Source: Clostridiales bacterium (lineage in GTDB: Bacteria > Bacillota > Clostridia > Oscillospirales > Oscillospiraceae). Taken from it: a DNA stretch of 64,000 bases. How positions within the stretch are numbered: position 1 is the first letter of the stretch; each line of letters opens with the position of its first letter. The position numbers and the translations under genes are program-made. Below the pieces are notes generated by a model. The model was not told the origin of the DNA. It saw nothing but the letters and a program-made list of their open reading frames with translations, and made no database searches. This document shows positions 25,378-35,562 of this stretch, one piece after another. The stretch is from the NCBI GenBank assembly GCA_022786995.1, contig JALFUW010000073.1:12894-76893 (forward strand), in the 5' to 3' direction.

Positions 25378-26301
25378 ATGTCGATGCAATTGGTATTACA
25401 GCAGATCATTGTCATTTTCTGCTATGTAGCCGTTGGCGTTGGGGCAGGGAAGCTGAATATCATCAATCCCGACCAGCGCAAATATCTGACCCAGCTTTGC
25501 TCCGGCCTGATTCTGCCCTTTACGATTTTGTCCGCTGCCAGCATGGAGATTGGCGGGGAGGGCTTCCGCAACCTGGGCATCGCGTTGGGCGTATCCTTTC
25601 TGATCATGGGCGGCGCCATGGCCGGAAGCCTTTTGCTGACCCGGTTGCTTCATGCGGAGGAAAAATTCAGAGCCGCGTTCACCAGCCTGATTTCCTTTCC
25701 AAACTGCACCTTTCTGGGCCTGCCCCTGTGTCAGGCGCTGTTCGGGGAAATCGCCGTGCTCTATAACTGCGCGGCGCTGATTGCTTTTAACGTGCTGTTT
25801 TTCACGGTGCAGCTGCCGCTGTTTACCGGGGGGAAAATCAATCTGAAAGCGATCCTCACCGTGCCCACCATAGCCACCTTTGCTCTGCTCGCCATGCTGG
25901 CGCTGGGAATCCACTGGCCCGGGCCGGTGCAGACCGTGGTCAGCAGCATCGGCAGCATGATTACGCCGTTGTCTCTCATCATCATCGGCGTTATGCTGTC
26001 GGAGAATGATCTGCTGGACATTTTCCGGGAGGGGGCGGTGTATCTGGTGATGGCGCTGCGGAATTTCCTGATTCCGGCGCTGGCTATGCTGGTGCTGATG
26101 GCGGTGCCCATGGATGCAAAGGACAAGCTGTGCGTGCTGGTGTATCTGGCCTGCCCCTGCGCCACGCTGACCACCATCTATTCCATCCAGACGGATACCC
26201 GCCCGGAGCTGTGCGCCCGGTCGGTGCTGTTTTCCACCATTTCCTTTGCAATCAGTCTCCCTGTGGTCATCGCGGCGGGACAATTCCTGTTTGGCGTGTA
26301 A
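25378..26301 (+). CDS. AEC (auxin efflux carrier) family transporter
   Basis: ~10 TM segments; FPNCTFLGLP and TPLSLIIIG motifs. Confidence 0.88.
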   Translation: MSMQLVLQQIIVIFCYVAVGVGAGKLNIINPDQRKYLTQLCSGLILPFTILSAASMEIGGEGFRNLGIALGVSFLIMGGAMAGSLLLTRLLHAEEKFRAAFTSLISFPNCTFLGLPLCQALFGEIAVLYNCAALIAFNVLFFTVQLPLFTGGKINLKAILTVPTIATFALLAMLALGIHWPGPVQTVVSSIGSMITPLSLIIIGVMLSENDLLDIFREGAVYLVMALRNFLIPALAMLVLMAVPMDAKDKLCVLVYLACPCATLTTIYSIQTDTRPELCARSVLFSTISFAISLPVVIAAGQFLFGV

Positions 26302-26344
26302 TTTTCGCAGAAACTGTGAACAAACATAAGATGCTTTGTGAACT

Positions 26345-26386
26345 TTAGCACTCTAGCCTTGACAGTGCTAAAATTGGTGCTATAAT
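26345..26386 (+). promoter_or_regulatory. CIRCE (HrcA operator) overlapping the sigma-A promoter of hsp20
   Basis: TTAGCACTC-N9-CAGTGCTAA (26345-26371, one mismatch to consensus); TTGACA at 26359, TG-n-TATAAT at 26381. Confidence 0.9.
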
Positions 26387-26485
26387 AAAGGCGTTCCTTG
26401 AAAGAGGAACAGGAAGGTAACAGTAGTTCGCCTACGCCCGACATTCCGTCAGACGCCCACGACAGATTGAATGGAGGAATGACTT

Positions 26486-26932
26486 ATGTTGCCTGGCATT
26501 TTTGGTGAAAACCTGTTCGATGATTTCTTTGCTGACCCCTTTGGTGTGATGCCTGCCGCCCGGGGAAATGACCCTCTGTACGGGAAACACGCCGATCGCC
26601 TGATGAAGACCGATGTCCGGGAAAAGGACAATACCTATGAGCTGGATGTTGACTTGCCCGGCTTCAAGAAGGACGAGATTACCGTGGATTTGAAGGACGG
26701 CTACCTGACCATCGGCGCGTCCAAGGGACTGGATAGGGATCAGAGCGACGAAAACGGCAAGTATATTCGCCGGGAGCGTTACGCCGGTGTTTGCAGCCGG
26801 AGCTTCTATGTGGGTGAGAATGTTCGCCCCGAGGAGATCGGTGCCAAGTATGAGGACGGCATTCTGAAGCTGTCCGTACCCAAGACGGAACGCAGAGAGC
26901 TGCCCGCCAGCACGTCCATTTTCATCGAATAA
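26486..26932 (+). CDS. Hsp20/alpha-crystallin small heat-shock protein
   Basis: MKTDVRE, DLPGFKK, RRERY.G...RSF and AKYEDGILKL motifs. Confidence 0.95.
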   Translation: MLPGIFGENLFDDFFADPFGVMPAARGNDPLYGKHADRLMKTDVREKDNTYELDVDLPGFKKDEITVDLKDGYLTIGASKGLDRDQSDENGKYIRRERYAGVCSRSFYVGENVRPEEIGAKYEDGILKLSVPKTERRELPASTSIFIE

Positions 26933-26942
26933 TCAATCGACC

Positions 26943-26981
26943 GCGTCCCACCCGTCACAATGGCGGGCGGGGCGCCTTTTT
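26943..26981 (+). terminator. Rho-independent terminator
   Basis: GC-rich stem followed by cttttt. Confidence 0.7.
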
Positions 26982-27115
26982 CTGTTGTGATTTTGGCGGC
27001 AGAAGCTGTAGAATTCCGGGGAAATTATGGCAAAAAGCGAATTGACAGTCGTATTGCGGTGTGATACCATATACAAAATAGTTATCATAGGCTAACACAA
27101 GGGGGCCATAGAGAT

Positions 27116-27964
27116 ATGATTTGGAGTGTGATCGGTATAACCGCCCTTGCCGGTATGGGCGGCACGGGAATGGGCGGGCTGCTGTCCTGCTTGTTCCGCA
27201 AGGATTCCAGCAAAACCGTCAGTCTGCTGCTGTCCTTCGCCGCAGGGGTCATGACCAGCGTGGTCTGCTTTGACCTGCTGACCGAGGCCCTGCACCCGGA
27301 GGATCTGAGCAATGACGTGGGGCTGGTGGTGACGGGTGTCCTCATCGGCTATATCGTGATCGCGGTGCTGAACGCCTGGATTGACCACCAAACCAACCAC
27401 GAGATTGACCACATTGATGAGAACCATCCCAAAACCGCGGATTCGCTGGAAGAACTGACCCATGCCAACCATCTGAAGGAGCACCGGGAGGGGCGTCAGC
27501 CCCGCAGCGGCCTGTTCCTGGCGGGATTGGTGATGGCAGCGGCCATTGCCCTGCACAATGTGCCTGAGGGCATGGTCATCGGTGCGTCCTTCGCCCGGAC
27601 GGCGGCGCAGTCCCTGCTGAATCGGGGCGGCCTGACCATGGCGGTGGTCATCGGACTGCACAACATCCCCGAGGGCATGGCGGTGGCGGTGCCTTTGATT
27701 TCCGGCGGAATGCCGAAACCCCGTTCCGTGCTTGTCACAGCGCTCACGGGTTTTCCGACGGTGCTGGGAGCGCTGCTGGGCTTTACTGTGGGTGCCATGG
27801 GGCCTACCGCGCTGGCACTGTCTCTGAGCTTTGCCTCCGGCGCTATGCTGTACGTTGTCTTCGGCGAACTGATGCCGGAAGCCATCCTTATGTGGCGCTC
27901 CAAGCTGCCCGCTGCCGCGACAGTCGTCGGGATGCTTACGGGTGTGATCATCATTTATCTGTAA
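27116..27964 (+). CDS. ZIP (ZupT/GufA) divalent metal transporter
   Basis: Two HN.PEG motifs, His-rich loop and FA.GAMLYV..EL.PE; TTGACA-type promoter near 27042. Confidence 0.92.
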   Translation: MIWSVIGITALAGMGGTGMGGLLSCLFRKDSSKTVSLLLSFAAGVMTSVVCFDLLTEALHPEDLSNDVGLVVTGVLIGYIVIAVLNAWIDHQTNHEIDHIDENHPKTADSLEELTHANHLKEHREGRQPRSGLFLAGLVMAAAIALHNVPEGMVIGASFARTAAQSLLNRGGLTMAVVIGLHNIPEGMAVAVPLISGGMPKPRSVLVTALTGFPTVLGALLGFTVGAMGPTALALSLSFASGAMLYVVFGELMPEAILMWRSKLPAAATVVGMLTGVIIIYL

Positions 27965-28053
27965 TGTGCATATCGGTTTTCAAGTAAATTCCCATGCGCT
28001 GGGGCCGTTCATGTGTCGTGGTTTGCCGCCAATGCCTATGGGTATTTTGCATC

Positions 28054-28095
28054 AGGCTCAGGAAGATCGCTTCGGCGAATCCTGAGCCTTTCTTT
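28054..28095. terminator. Terminator between convergent genes
   Basis: aggctcagga...tcctgagcct followed by ttcttt. Confidence 0.7.
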
Positions 28096-28729
28096 AGTGT
28101 AAATTCTGCCGCATATACCCAAGCAATCGCCCCAGAATTCCCGAAGCCATCAGCAGGCCAGCGAGGATCAGAATGCTTCCGCTGAGCAGATTGATTGCCC
28201 GGGAATGCCCTTTCACCCAGCTGGAGACGCCCTTCAGCCAGTCGATGAAAACGGCGCTGATCAGGAAAGGAATCCCCAGTCCCAGAACATATGTCGCCGC
28301 CCCGGCAACGGCACAGAAGGCATAACCCCCTGCTGTACCGGGCATCATGACAGATGCCAAGAGGATACCGAACAGGGCTGCGGAGAAAAATGTCATATCC
28401 TGAGCGTCCAGAACCCGGCTGCCGCTGGAAAGCAGATTCCGGCGGAACAGGCCCAGGGTGTTCAGGCCGAAAACCGTGACGATGCTGCCGCAAATCCAAT
28501 TGACCGTCCGCTGGTGCCGCAGCAGCCTGCCGGTGTACGCGGGAAAGGAACCAATTGACACGAATACCACCGCAGCCCCAACGATAAATCCAAGGGCACA
28601 GCGGACTGTTTTCTGGATACCGCGCTGACCGCCGCCTGCAAAGTAGGCTGCATAGATGAAAAACATGGTCAGAAGGCAGGGGGAGAAAAAGACGGAAAAG
28701 CCATCAAGAAATGAAACCAGATACTGTAT
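28094..28729 (-). pseudogene. ccdA: Degenerate CcdA/DsbD-like cytochrome c biogenesis protein
   Basis: Frame extends upstream of the tracked ORF: (ATA)QYLVSFLDGFSVFFSPCLL...; GGAGG SD precedes ATA instead of ATG; YVLGLGIPFL present but second Cys motif (WTPC) missing. Confidence 0.7.
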
Positions 28730-28732
28730 GGC

Positions 28733-29683
28733 CTAACCCTCCCGATCCGCCAGCCAGCTTTCCGCCATGTGCGCGGCAACAGCGCCGTCTGCCACGGCGG
28801 TGACAATCTGGCGTACTCCTTTGGCGCGCACATCGCCAGCGGCGAAAACCCCCGGAATGTTGGTGGCAGTGGATTCATCCGCAATTACATACTTGGAATC
28901 GTCCAGCTTCAGCTGGCCTTCCAACAGTTCCGTTGCCGGGCGCCGCCCGATGCTGACAAAAACCCCATCGCAGGGTATTTCTTCTTCCAGACCGCTGAGC
29001 TTGTCCCGGATGCGGACACCTGTGAGCGCATCCCCGTGCAGAAGCTGTCTCACCTCACTGTTCCATCGGAATTCCACATTTTCCGCGTTTTGCAGCGATT
29101 CGCGATAGATGTTTTCTGCCCGCAGGGTATCTCTGCGGTGAACGAGAATCACTTTTTCCGCGATACGGCTCAGAAGCAGAGCGTCCGCCGCGGCGCTGTT
29201 GCCGCCGCCCACCACCACAACGGTCTTTCCACGATAGAACATTCCGTCGCAGGCTGCGCAGTAGTGAAGGCCCCGTCCGATGAAGGCCTGTTCCTCCGGC
29301 AGTCCCAAAGCTCTTGGCACCGCGCCTGTGGCAACCACCACGGTTTTTCCGCAGTAAACCCCTTCGCTGGTTCGAATCACCTTGGGATCAGACATCAAAT
29401 CGACGGATTGAACCTCTGCCCGCTTTGTCAGCGCACCAAAATGCAGGGCCTGCGCTTCCATTTTCTGGGACAGCGTAACGCCGTCTATGCCATTTTCAAA
29501 GCCGGGATAATTGTCAATCTGGTGGCTCAGCGCCATCTGCCCGCCGGCAGACAGCTGCTCCAGTACCACCACGGAGAATCCTGCCCGGGCGGCGTACAGA
29601 GCGGCGGTGAGCCCGGCGGGCCCTCCGCCGAGAATGACCATATCAAAGTGTTTGGCAATCGCGTTCGTCGATTGAGCGGACAT
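28733..29683 (-). CDS. trxB: Thioredoxin-disulfide reductase
   Basis: GGGPAGLTAA, YCAACDG, GGGNSA, HRR and VFAAGD motifs. Confidence 0.95.
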   Translation of the reverse strand: MSAQSTNAIAKHFDMVILGGGPAGLTAALYAARAGFSVVVLEQLSAGGQMALSHQIDNYPGFENGIDGVTLSQKMEAQALHFGALTKRAEVQSVDLMSDPKVIRTSEGVYCGKTVVVATGAVPRALGLPEEQAFIGRGLHYCAACDGMFYRGKTVVVVGGGNSAAADALLLSRIAEKVILVHRRDTLRAENIYRESLQNAENVEFRWNSEVRQLLHGDALTGVRIRDKLSGLEEEIPCDGVFVSIGRRPATELLEGQLKLDDSKYVIADESTATNIPGVFAAGDVRAKGVRQIVTAVADGAVAAHMAESWLADREG

Positions 29684-29791
29684 GGCAAAGCCTCCTTGGT
29701 TTCTGTTTTGTTATAGTATATCCATATTCCGGGAAAAGACCGTGACATCATCACCGCTTTTGAATCAATCCGCGTTCAGATTAACTATTGC

Positions 29792-29820
29792 TTGCCCTAT
29801 TTGGCACAATGTGTTATAAT
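29792..29820 (+). promoter_or_regulatory. sigma-A promoter of glycan module 1
   Basis: TTGCCC-N17-TATAAT with extended TG. Confidence 0.65.
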
Positions 29821-29879
29821 ACTAAGAACTATGCAGAAAATAGGGATGCCAGCAGCTTTGCCGGCGGGTTAAAGGGAGA

Positions 29880-31763
29880 ATGGAAATGAAAATCGGAAGA
29901 CCGGGTTTTCTGAATAAGACGGTGCTGACCAAAGTGCTGATGATTATGGCGCTGGATGTCGTTGCCACGATATGCGCCTATTTTCTGGGGCTGTGGTTTC
30001 GCTACGATTTTTCTTTTCAGGACATTCGCGGGGTGCATATGGCGGGCTTTCTGTCTGCCATCGGACCCTGGTGTGCCATTACGATCCTGGTGTTTGCCTG
30101 CTTTCGGCTGTACAGCAGCATTTGGGCTTTTGTCAGCACTTCCGAAGTGTTTCGCATCATCGGCGCCTATCTGATTCTTGCGATCATCGGTGTGGCGCTG
30201 TTCCATTTTGACGGTTCTTTGATGCCCCGCGCCAGCATGGTGGTGGGATATCTGATCAGCTTCCTGTGCACGGTTGCCATTCGGTTTTCCTACCGTCTTC
30301 TGCGGACGGCGCAAAAGAGAATCAGCCATATGACCCACGCTTCCGGCGTAAAAAATGTCATGCTCATCGGCGCGGGAGACGCGGGCCGGGCGCTGGCGCT
30401 GGAATTCAACAACAGTGACTTTGTCAAGGATCACCTGTCCTGCGTGATTGATGATAACCCGGTCAAGCGCAATAAACGTCTGTGCGGCGCACCCATCGTC
30501 GGCGGACGTTATGAAATACCCGAAATGGTGAAGCAGTATAAAATCAGCAAGATCATCTTTGCCATCCCCAGCTGCAGCGCAAAGACCCGGAAAGAAATCC
30601 TGGACATCTGCTCTACCACCGGCTGCGAGGTGCAGCTTCTGCCGGGGATTTTTCAGATGGTCAACGGCGATGTCAGCGTCAGCAAGCTGCGTCGTGTGGA
30701 TCCTCAGGATTTGCTGGGCCGGGATCCCATACAGGTGAATCTGGAGGAGATTTTTGAATATATCCACGGCAAGGTGGTTCTGGTCACCGGCGGCGGTGGA
30801 AGCATTGGCAGCGAACTGTGCCGCCAGATTGCCGGCGCGGGGCCGAAAATGCTGATCATTTTTGAGATTTACGAGAACAGCGCTTACGACATTCAGCAGG
30901 AACTGAAGCGGAATTATCCCGACCTCGATTTGCAGGTGCTCATCGGTTCCGTGCGCAATACCAACCGGGTGGAATATGTGGTTGGGAAATACAGGCCGGA
31001 TCTGATTTTTCACGCAGCGGCCCACAAGCATGTGCCCCTGATGGAGGACAGCCCCAACGAAGCCATCAAAAATAATGTCTTCGGGACTTACAAGCTGGCT
31101 AAGGCCGCAGCGAAATATGGCGTAAAGCGGTTTGTGCTGATTTCCACGGACAAGGCGGTGAACCCCACCAATATCATGGGCGCCTCCAAGCGGCTGTGTG
31201 AGATGGTGGTGCAGATGATGAACCGGGAGTCAAAGACCGAGTTTGTCGCCGTGCGCTTCGGTAACGTTCTGGGCAGCAACGGCAGCGTGATTCCGCTGTT
31301 CAAGAAGCAGATTGAGGAGGGCGGCCCGGTGACCGTAACCCATCCCGACATCATCCGCTATTTTATGACCATTCCCGAAGCGGTCAGTCTGGTGCTTCAG
31401 GCGGGCTACTACGCCAGAGGCGGCGAGATTTTTGTGCTGGATATGGGTGAGCCGGTGAAAATTGATACCATGGCCCGGAACATGATCCGTCTGAGCGGCT
31501 TTGAGCCGGATGTGGATATTAAGGTCGTGTATACCGGCCTGCGTCCCGGCGAGAAGCTCTACGAGGAGCTGCTCATGAAAGAAGAGGGAATGCAGGATAC
31601 GGCCAATCGGCTGATTCACATTGGCAAACCCATTGAAATGGATGACGAGCAGTTCCGCCAGCAGTTGGAACGGCTGGATAAAGCCTGTAGGGCAGAAGTC
31701 AGCAACATCAAGGATATTGTGGCGGAAATCGTGCAAACCTATAAGCAGAAGCTGGAAGTGTGA
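29880..31763 (+). CDS. Membrane-bound UDP-GlcNAc 4,6-dehydratase (CapD/PglF-like)
   Basis: 4 TM segments; TGGGGSIGSE, AAAHKHVP, STDKAVNP, MGASK and RFGNVLGS motifs. Confidence 0.92.
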   Translation: MEMKIGRPGFLNKTVLTKVLMIMALDVVATICAYFLGLWFRYDFSFQDIRGVHMAGFLSAIGPWCAITILVFACFRLYSSIWAFVSTSEVFRIIGAYLILAIIGVALFHFDGSLMPRASMVVGYLISFLCTVAIRFSYRLLRTAQKRISHMTHASGVKNVMLIGAGDAGRALALEFNNSDFVKDHLSCVIDDNPVKRNKRLCGAPIVGGRYEIPEMVKQYKISKIIFAIPSCSAKTRKEILDICSTTGCEVQLLPGIFQMVNGDVSVSKLRRVDPQDLLGRDPIQVNLEEIFEYIHGKVVLVTGGGGSIGSELCRQIAGAGPKMLIIFEIYENSAYDIQQELKRNYPDLDLQVLIGSVRNTNRVEYVVGKYRPDLIFHAAAHKHVPLMEDSPNEAIKNNVFGTYKLAKAAAKYGVKRFVLISTDKAVNPTNIMGASKRLCEMVVQMMNRESKTEFVAVRFGNVLGSNGSVIPLFKKQIEEGGPVTVTHPDIIRYFMTIPEAVSLVLQAGYYARGGEIFVLDMGEPVKIDTMARNMIRLSGFEPDVDIKVVYTGLRPGEKLYEELLMKEEGMQDTANRLIHIGKPIEMDDEQFRQQLERLDKACRAEVSNIKDIVAEIVQTYKQKLEV

Positions 31764-31782
31764 CAGGAAAAGGGGAATATTG

Positions 31783-32400
31783 ATGTATCTGAAATTTGGA
31801 AAACGGCTGCTGGATCTGATTCTCTCCGGCTGCGCCATTGTGGTGCTGTCCCCTGTGTACCTTCTCATTGCTATCACAATTAAACTGGATGATCCCGGCC
31901 CGGTGTTCTTCCGGCAGAAGCGGGTGGGCATCCATAAGACCCACTTTGAGATTCTGAAATTCCGCACCATGAAGTGCAGCACCCCCAAGGATGTGCCCAC
32001 CCACCTGCTGGAAAACCCGGAGCAGTATATTACCCGGGTGGGAAAGGTTCTGCGAAAGACCTCCCTTGACGAACTTCCCCAGATTTTTCAGATTTTCACG
32101 GGTAAAATGTCCATAATCGGCCCCCGGCCTGCCCTGTGGAATCAGTTCGATCTGATCGCGGAGCGGGACAAGTACGGCGCCAATGATGTGCGCCCAGGTC
32201 TGACCGGCTGGGCGCAGATCAATGGCCGGGATGAGCTGCCGATCGACGTAAAGGCCCGTTTTGATGGAGAATATGTAGAAAAAATGGGCTTCCTCTTTGA
32301 CTGCAAGTGTTTTTTCGGCACGATTTTCTCGGTACTGAAATCCGACGGCGTGGTAGAAGGCGGAACGGGTCAGCTGGAAAAGGAGAAAAAGAAGCAATGA
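31783..32400 (+). CDS. Priming phosphoglycosyl transferase (CapM/PglC-like)
   Basis: KRLLD, KFRTM, SLDELPQ, IGPRP and RPGLTGWAQINGR motifs. Confidence 0.92.
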   Translation: MYLKFGKRLLDLILSGCAIVVLSPVYLLIAITIKLDDPGPVFFRQKRVGIHKTHFEILKFRTMKCSTPKDVPTHLLENPEQYITRVGKVLRKTSLDELPQIFQIFTGKMSIIGPRPALWNQFDLIAERDKYGANDVRPGLTGWAQINGRDELPIDVKARFDGEYVEKMGFLFDCKCFFGTIFSVLKSDGVVEGGTGQLEKEKKKQ

Positions 32401-33275
32401 AGCGGATTCTGATTACCGGCGGCAGCAGCTTCATCGGCAGCCATGTGAAGGCGTATTTGAAGCAATGGCCGGAAAGCTATCAGGTGGAAGCGATCAGTCT
32501 GAGAGGGGAGGACTGGCGGCAGTGTTCTTTTGCGGGCTTCGACGCGATCCTTCATGCCGCGGGCATTGTACACCAGCCGCAATCCAAGGATGACCCTTCT
32601 CAGGCGGAGCTGTATGACCGGGTAAACCACCGTCTGACGGTGGAGGTCGCCGAAAAGGCAAAGCGCGAGGGCGTAGGCCAGTTCCTGTTCCTCAGCTCAG
32701 AGAGTGTCTACGGCCTTCATGCCCCGGTGGGCAAGGTCATCACCATTACAAAGGACACCCCCCTTCACCCCGTTGATAACTATGGTATCAGCAAGGCAAA
32801 AGCGGAGGAAGACCTTGCCGCCCTGCGGGACGAACACTTTCAGGTCGTCATACTGCGCCCGCCCATGATCTACGGCAGGGGCTGCAAGGGGAACTATCAG
32901 ACCCTGGCGAAGCTGGCAAAGAAGCTTCCTGTATTTCCCTTGGTGGAAAATCAGCGCTCTATGCTGTATATCGACAATTTATGCGAACTGATCCGCCTGC
33001 TGGTGGAGGACGGAGCCGACGGCCTGTTCTGCCCCCAGAACGAGGAATACGTCTGCACCTCCGATATGGTAAACCGCATTGCTCACGCCGATGGCCGGGG
33101 CATCCTGATGGTGCGGGGCTTTGGCTGGGCGCTGAAGCTGCTGCGTCCCATGACAGGCATGGTGGATAAGGCATTCGGCAGCCTGTGCTATGACCGCAGC
33201 CTAAGCGACTACCCTAAAAACTACTGCATCAAATCCTTTGATGAGTCCATTGCCGAGACGGAGGGGTGCAAGTGA
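32397..33275 (+). CDS. NAD-dependent epimerase/4-reductase (CapN-like)
   Basis: ILITGGSSFIG, YGISK, LRPPMIYG..CKGNY and NQRSM motifs. Confidence 0.85.
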   Translation: MKRILITGGSSFIGSHVKAYLKQWPESYQVEAISLRGEDWRQCSFAGFDAILHAAGIVHQPQSKDDPSQAELYDRVNHRLTVEVAEKAKREGVGQFLFLSSESVYGLHAPVGKVITITKDTPLHPVDNYGISKAKAEEDLAALRDEHFQVVILRPPMIYGRGCKGNYQTLAKLAKKLPVFPLVENQRSMLYIDNLCELIRLLVEDGADGLFCPQNEEYVCTSDMVNRIAHADGRGILMVRGFGWALKLLRPMTGMVDKAFGSLCYDRSLSDYPKNYCIKSFDESIAETEGCK

Positions 33276-34489
33276 AGCGGAAAAAGGACATTTTATTTGC
33301 ATGCCAGTTTTTCTACCCGGAGTATATCTCCTCTGCCCAGCTGCCCTTTGATACGGCGAAAGCTTTGCGCAAGGCGGGCTACTCCGTGGACGTGCTGTGC
33401 GGCTACCCCAGAGAATATCTGGATGGTGACCACATTCCCGCAGACGAGACAGTGGAGGGCATCCACATCCACCGCCTCAAGTACATCCAGCTGGATCGTT
33501 CCGGCTTTCTCGGGCGCATCGTCAATTATTTTTCCTTTACCTTCATGGTGCTGCTGAATCTTCCGAAGCTGCGCATTTACCGCTCTGTCGTGGTCTATTC
33601 CAACCCGCCGATTCTGCCTTGGATCGCATCCTGGGCAAAGGCGCTGTTCGGCACAAAGCTGATTTTTGTGGCCTACGACCTGTACCCCGAGGTGGCTACG
33701 GTCACGAAGACCCTGGGGGAGGGAAATCCCATCTGCCGGCTGATGAATCACATCAACCGCTGCATCTGCCGCAGGGCGGATCGCATTGTGGCCCTGTCCA
33801 GCGAAATGAAATCCTATATTTTAGGACATCGCGACTATCCCGAACAGGCCGTCCGGGTGATTCCCAACTGGTACGCCGATCACGGCACCGTTACGCCCAA
33901 CCGGGAAAACAATCCTTTCCGGCAGGTGACGAAGGGCCGCTTTACCGTGGCCTATTTCGGCAACATGGGCACCATGCAGGATATGAAGACCCTCTTGGAA
34001 GCGGTACGGGAGTTGCGGGGAGAGGACGTGTTCTTCCTGTTCGCCGGACACGGCAACAAAATGGAAGCCCTCAAGGAGACCGTACAGGCGGAGGGCATTG
34101 AGAATATCGCCATCTACCCCTTTCTTCACGGACAGGATTTCCAGAACGCCCTTGCGATAAGTGACTGCGCGCTGGTGACACTGGTTCAGGGGGCTACAGG
34201 CCTGTGCGTTCCCAGCAAAACCTACAGCTACATGATGCAGGGCATTCCGCTGCTTGCGGTGATGGACGAAGGCGATATTGTCAGCGATATTGAGCGCGGC
34301 GCGGGCCGATGGGTCCGAAACGGGGAGGGAAAACGCCTTGCCCGGCACATCCGGGAAATGAAGGCCGACCCGGAAACAGTAGGGCAGATGCGAAAGATCT
34401 GCCGTGGGCTTTATGAGACGAAATATACGGAAGAAATCTGTACAAGTCAGTATGTTTCCCTGTTCCGGGAGCTTCTGGAACAGAAATAG
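33272..34489 (+). CDS. GT4 glycosyltransferase (CapL/WbuB-like, probable L-FucNAc transferase)
   Basis: QFFYPE, YSNPP, DLYPE, YFGNMG and VPSKTYSY motifs. Confidence 0.85.
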   Translation: MKRKKDILFACQFFYPEYISSAQLPFDTAKALRKAGYSVDVLCGYPREYLDGDHIPADETVEGIHIHRLKYIQLDRSGFLGRIVNYFSFTFMVLLNLPKLRIYRSVVVYSNPPILPWIASWAKALFGTKLIFVAYDLYPEVATVTKTLGEGNPICRLMNHINRCICRRADRIVALSSEMKSYILGHRDYPEQAVRVIPNWYADHGTVTPNRENNPFRQVTKGRFTVAYFGNMGTMQDMKTLLEAVRELRGEDVFFLFAGHGNKMEALKETVQAEGIENIAIYPFLHGQDFQNALAISDCALVTLVQGATGLCVPSKTYSYMMQGIPLLAVMDEGDIVSDIERGAGRWVRNGEGKRLARHIREMKADPETVGQMRKICRGLYETKYTEEICTSQYVSLFRELLEQK

Positions 34490-34500
34490 GAGAGAAGAAT

Positions 34501-35550
34501 ATGAGTATTTTTGCAAACAAGACCCTGATGATCACCGGCGGTACCGGCTCCTTCGGCAACGCGGTACTGAATCGGTTTCTGGACACGGATATCGGTGAAA
34601 TCCGCATTTTTTCCCGGGACGAGAAAAAGCAGGACGATATGCGCCATGAGTTCCAGGCAAAGTTGCCGGAAGTCGCCAACAAGATCAAGTTTTTCATCGG
34701 TGACGTCCGGGACATCCAGTCGGTGAAAAACGCCATGCACGGGGTTGACTATATTTTCCACGCCGCCGCATTAAAGCAGGTGCCATCCTGCGAGTTCTTC
34801 CCCATGGAAGCGGTGAAGACCAACGTGGTGGGCACGGACAATGTACTGACCGCCGCCATTGAGGCGGGGGTCAAGACCGTCATCTGCCTGTCCACCGACA
34901 AGGCCGCCTACCCGGTCAACGCCATGGGTACCTCCAAGGCCATGATGGAGAAGGTCATCGTGGCAAAATCCCGCACCGTTTCCCCCGAGGCCACTAAAAT
35001 CTGCTGTACCCGCTACGGCAACGTCATGTGCTCCCGGGGCAGCGTTATCCCCCTGTGGATCGACCAGATCCGGGCGGGCAATCCCATCACCATCACGGAG
35101 CCCAACATGACCCGGTTCATCATGAGCCTGGAGGAAGCGGTGGACTTGGTTTTGTTCGCCTTTGAGCACGGCACCAGCGGTGATATTCTGGTGCAGAAGG
35201 CTCCGGCCTGTACCATCGCAACCCTTGCCCAGGCGGTGACGGAGCTGTTCCATCCCGGTCACGAGATCAAGGTCATCGGCATTCGCCACGGCGAAAAGAT
35301 GTACGAAACATTGCTGACCAACGAGGAGTGCGCCCATGCCATTGATTTGGGCGACTTCTACCGTGTGCCCTGTGACAAGCGGGATCTAAATTACGACAAA
35401 TATTTCCGGGTGGGCGACGTGGAGCGCAACGTCCTGACGGAGTTTAATTCCAATAACACCCAGCTTCTGGATGTAGAGCAGGTCAAGCAGAAGCTGCTGG
35501 CGCTTTCTTACATTCGGGAGGAACTGGAAGCACAGAAGAAGGAACATTGA
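34501..35550 (+). CDS. fnlA: UDP-GlcNAc 4,6-dehydratase/5-epimerase (FnlA/CapE)
   Basis: ITGGTGSFG, SRDEKKQDDMR, KQVPSCEFFP and CTRYGNVM.SRGS motifs. Confidence 0.92.
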   Translation: MSIFANKTLMITGGTGSFGNAVLNRFLDTDIGEIRIFSRDEKKQDDMRHEFQAKLPEVANKIKFFIGDVRDIQSVKNAMHGVDYIFHAAALKQVPSCEFFPMEAVKTNVVGTDNVLTAAIEAGVKTVICLSTDKAAYPVNAMGTSKAMMEKVIVAKSRTVSPEATKICCTRYGNVMCSRGSVIPLWIDQIRAGNPITITEPNMTRFIMSLEEAVDLVLFAFEHGTSGDILVQKAPACTIATLAQAVTELFHPGHEIKVIGIRHGEKMYETLLTNEECAHAIDLGDFYRVPCDKRDLNYDKYFRVGDVERNVLTEFNSNNTQLLDVEQVKQKLLALSYIREELEAQKKEH

Positions 35551-35562
35551 AGGAGGAAGACC

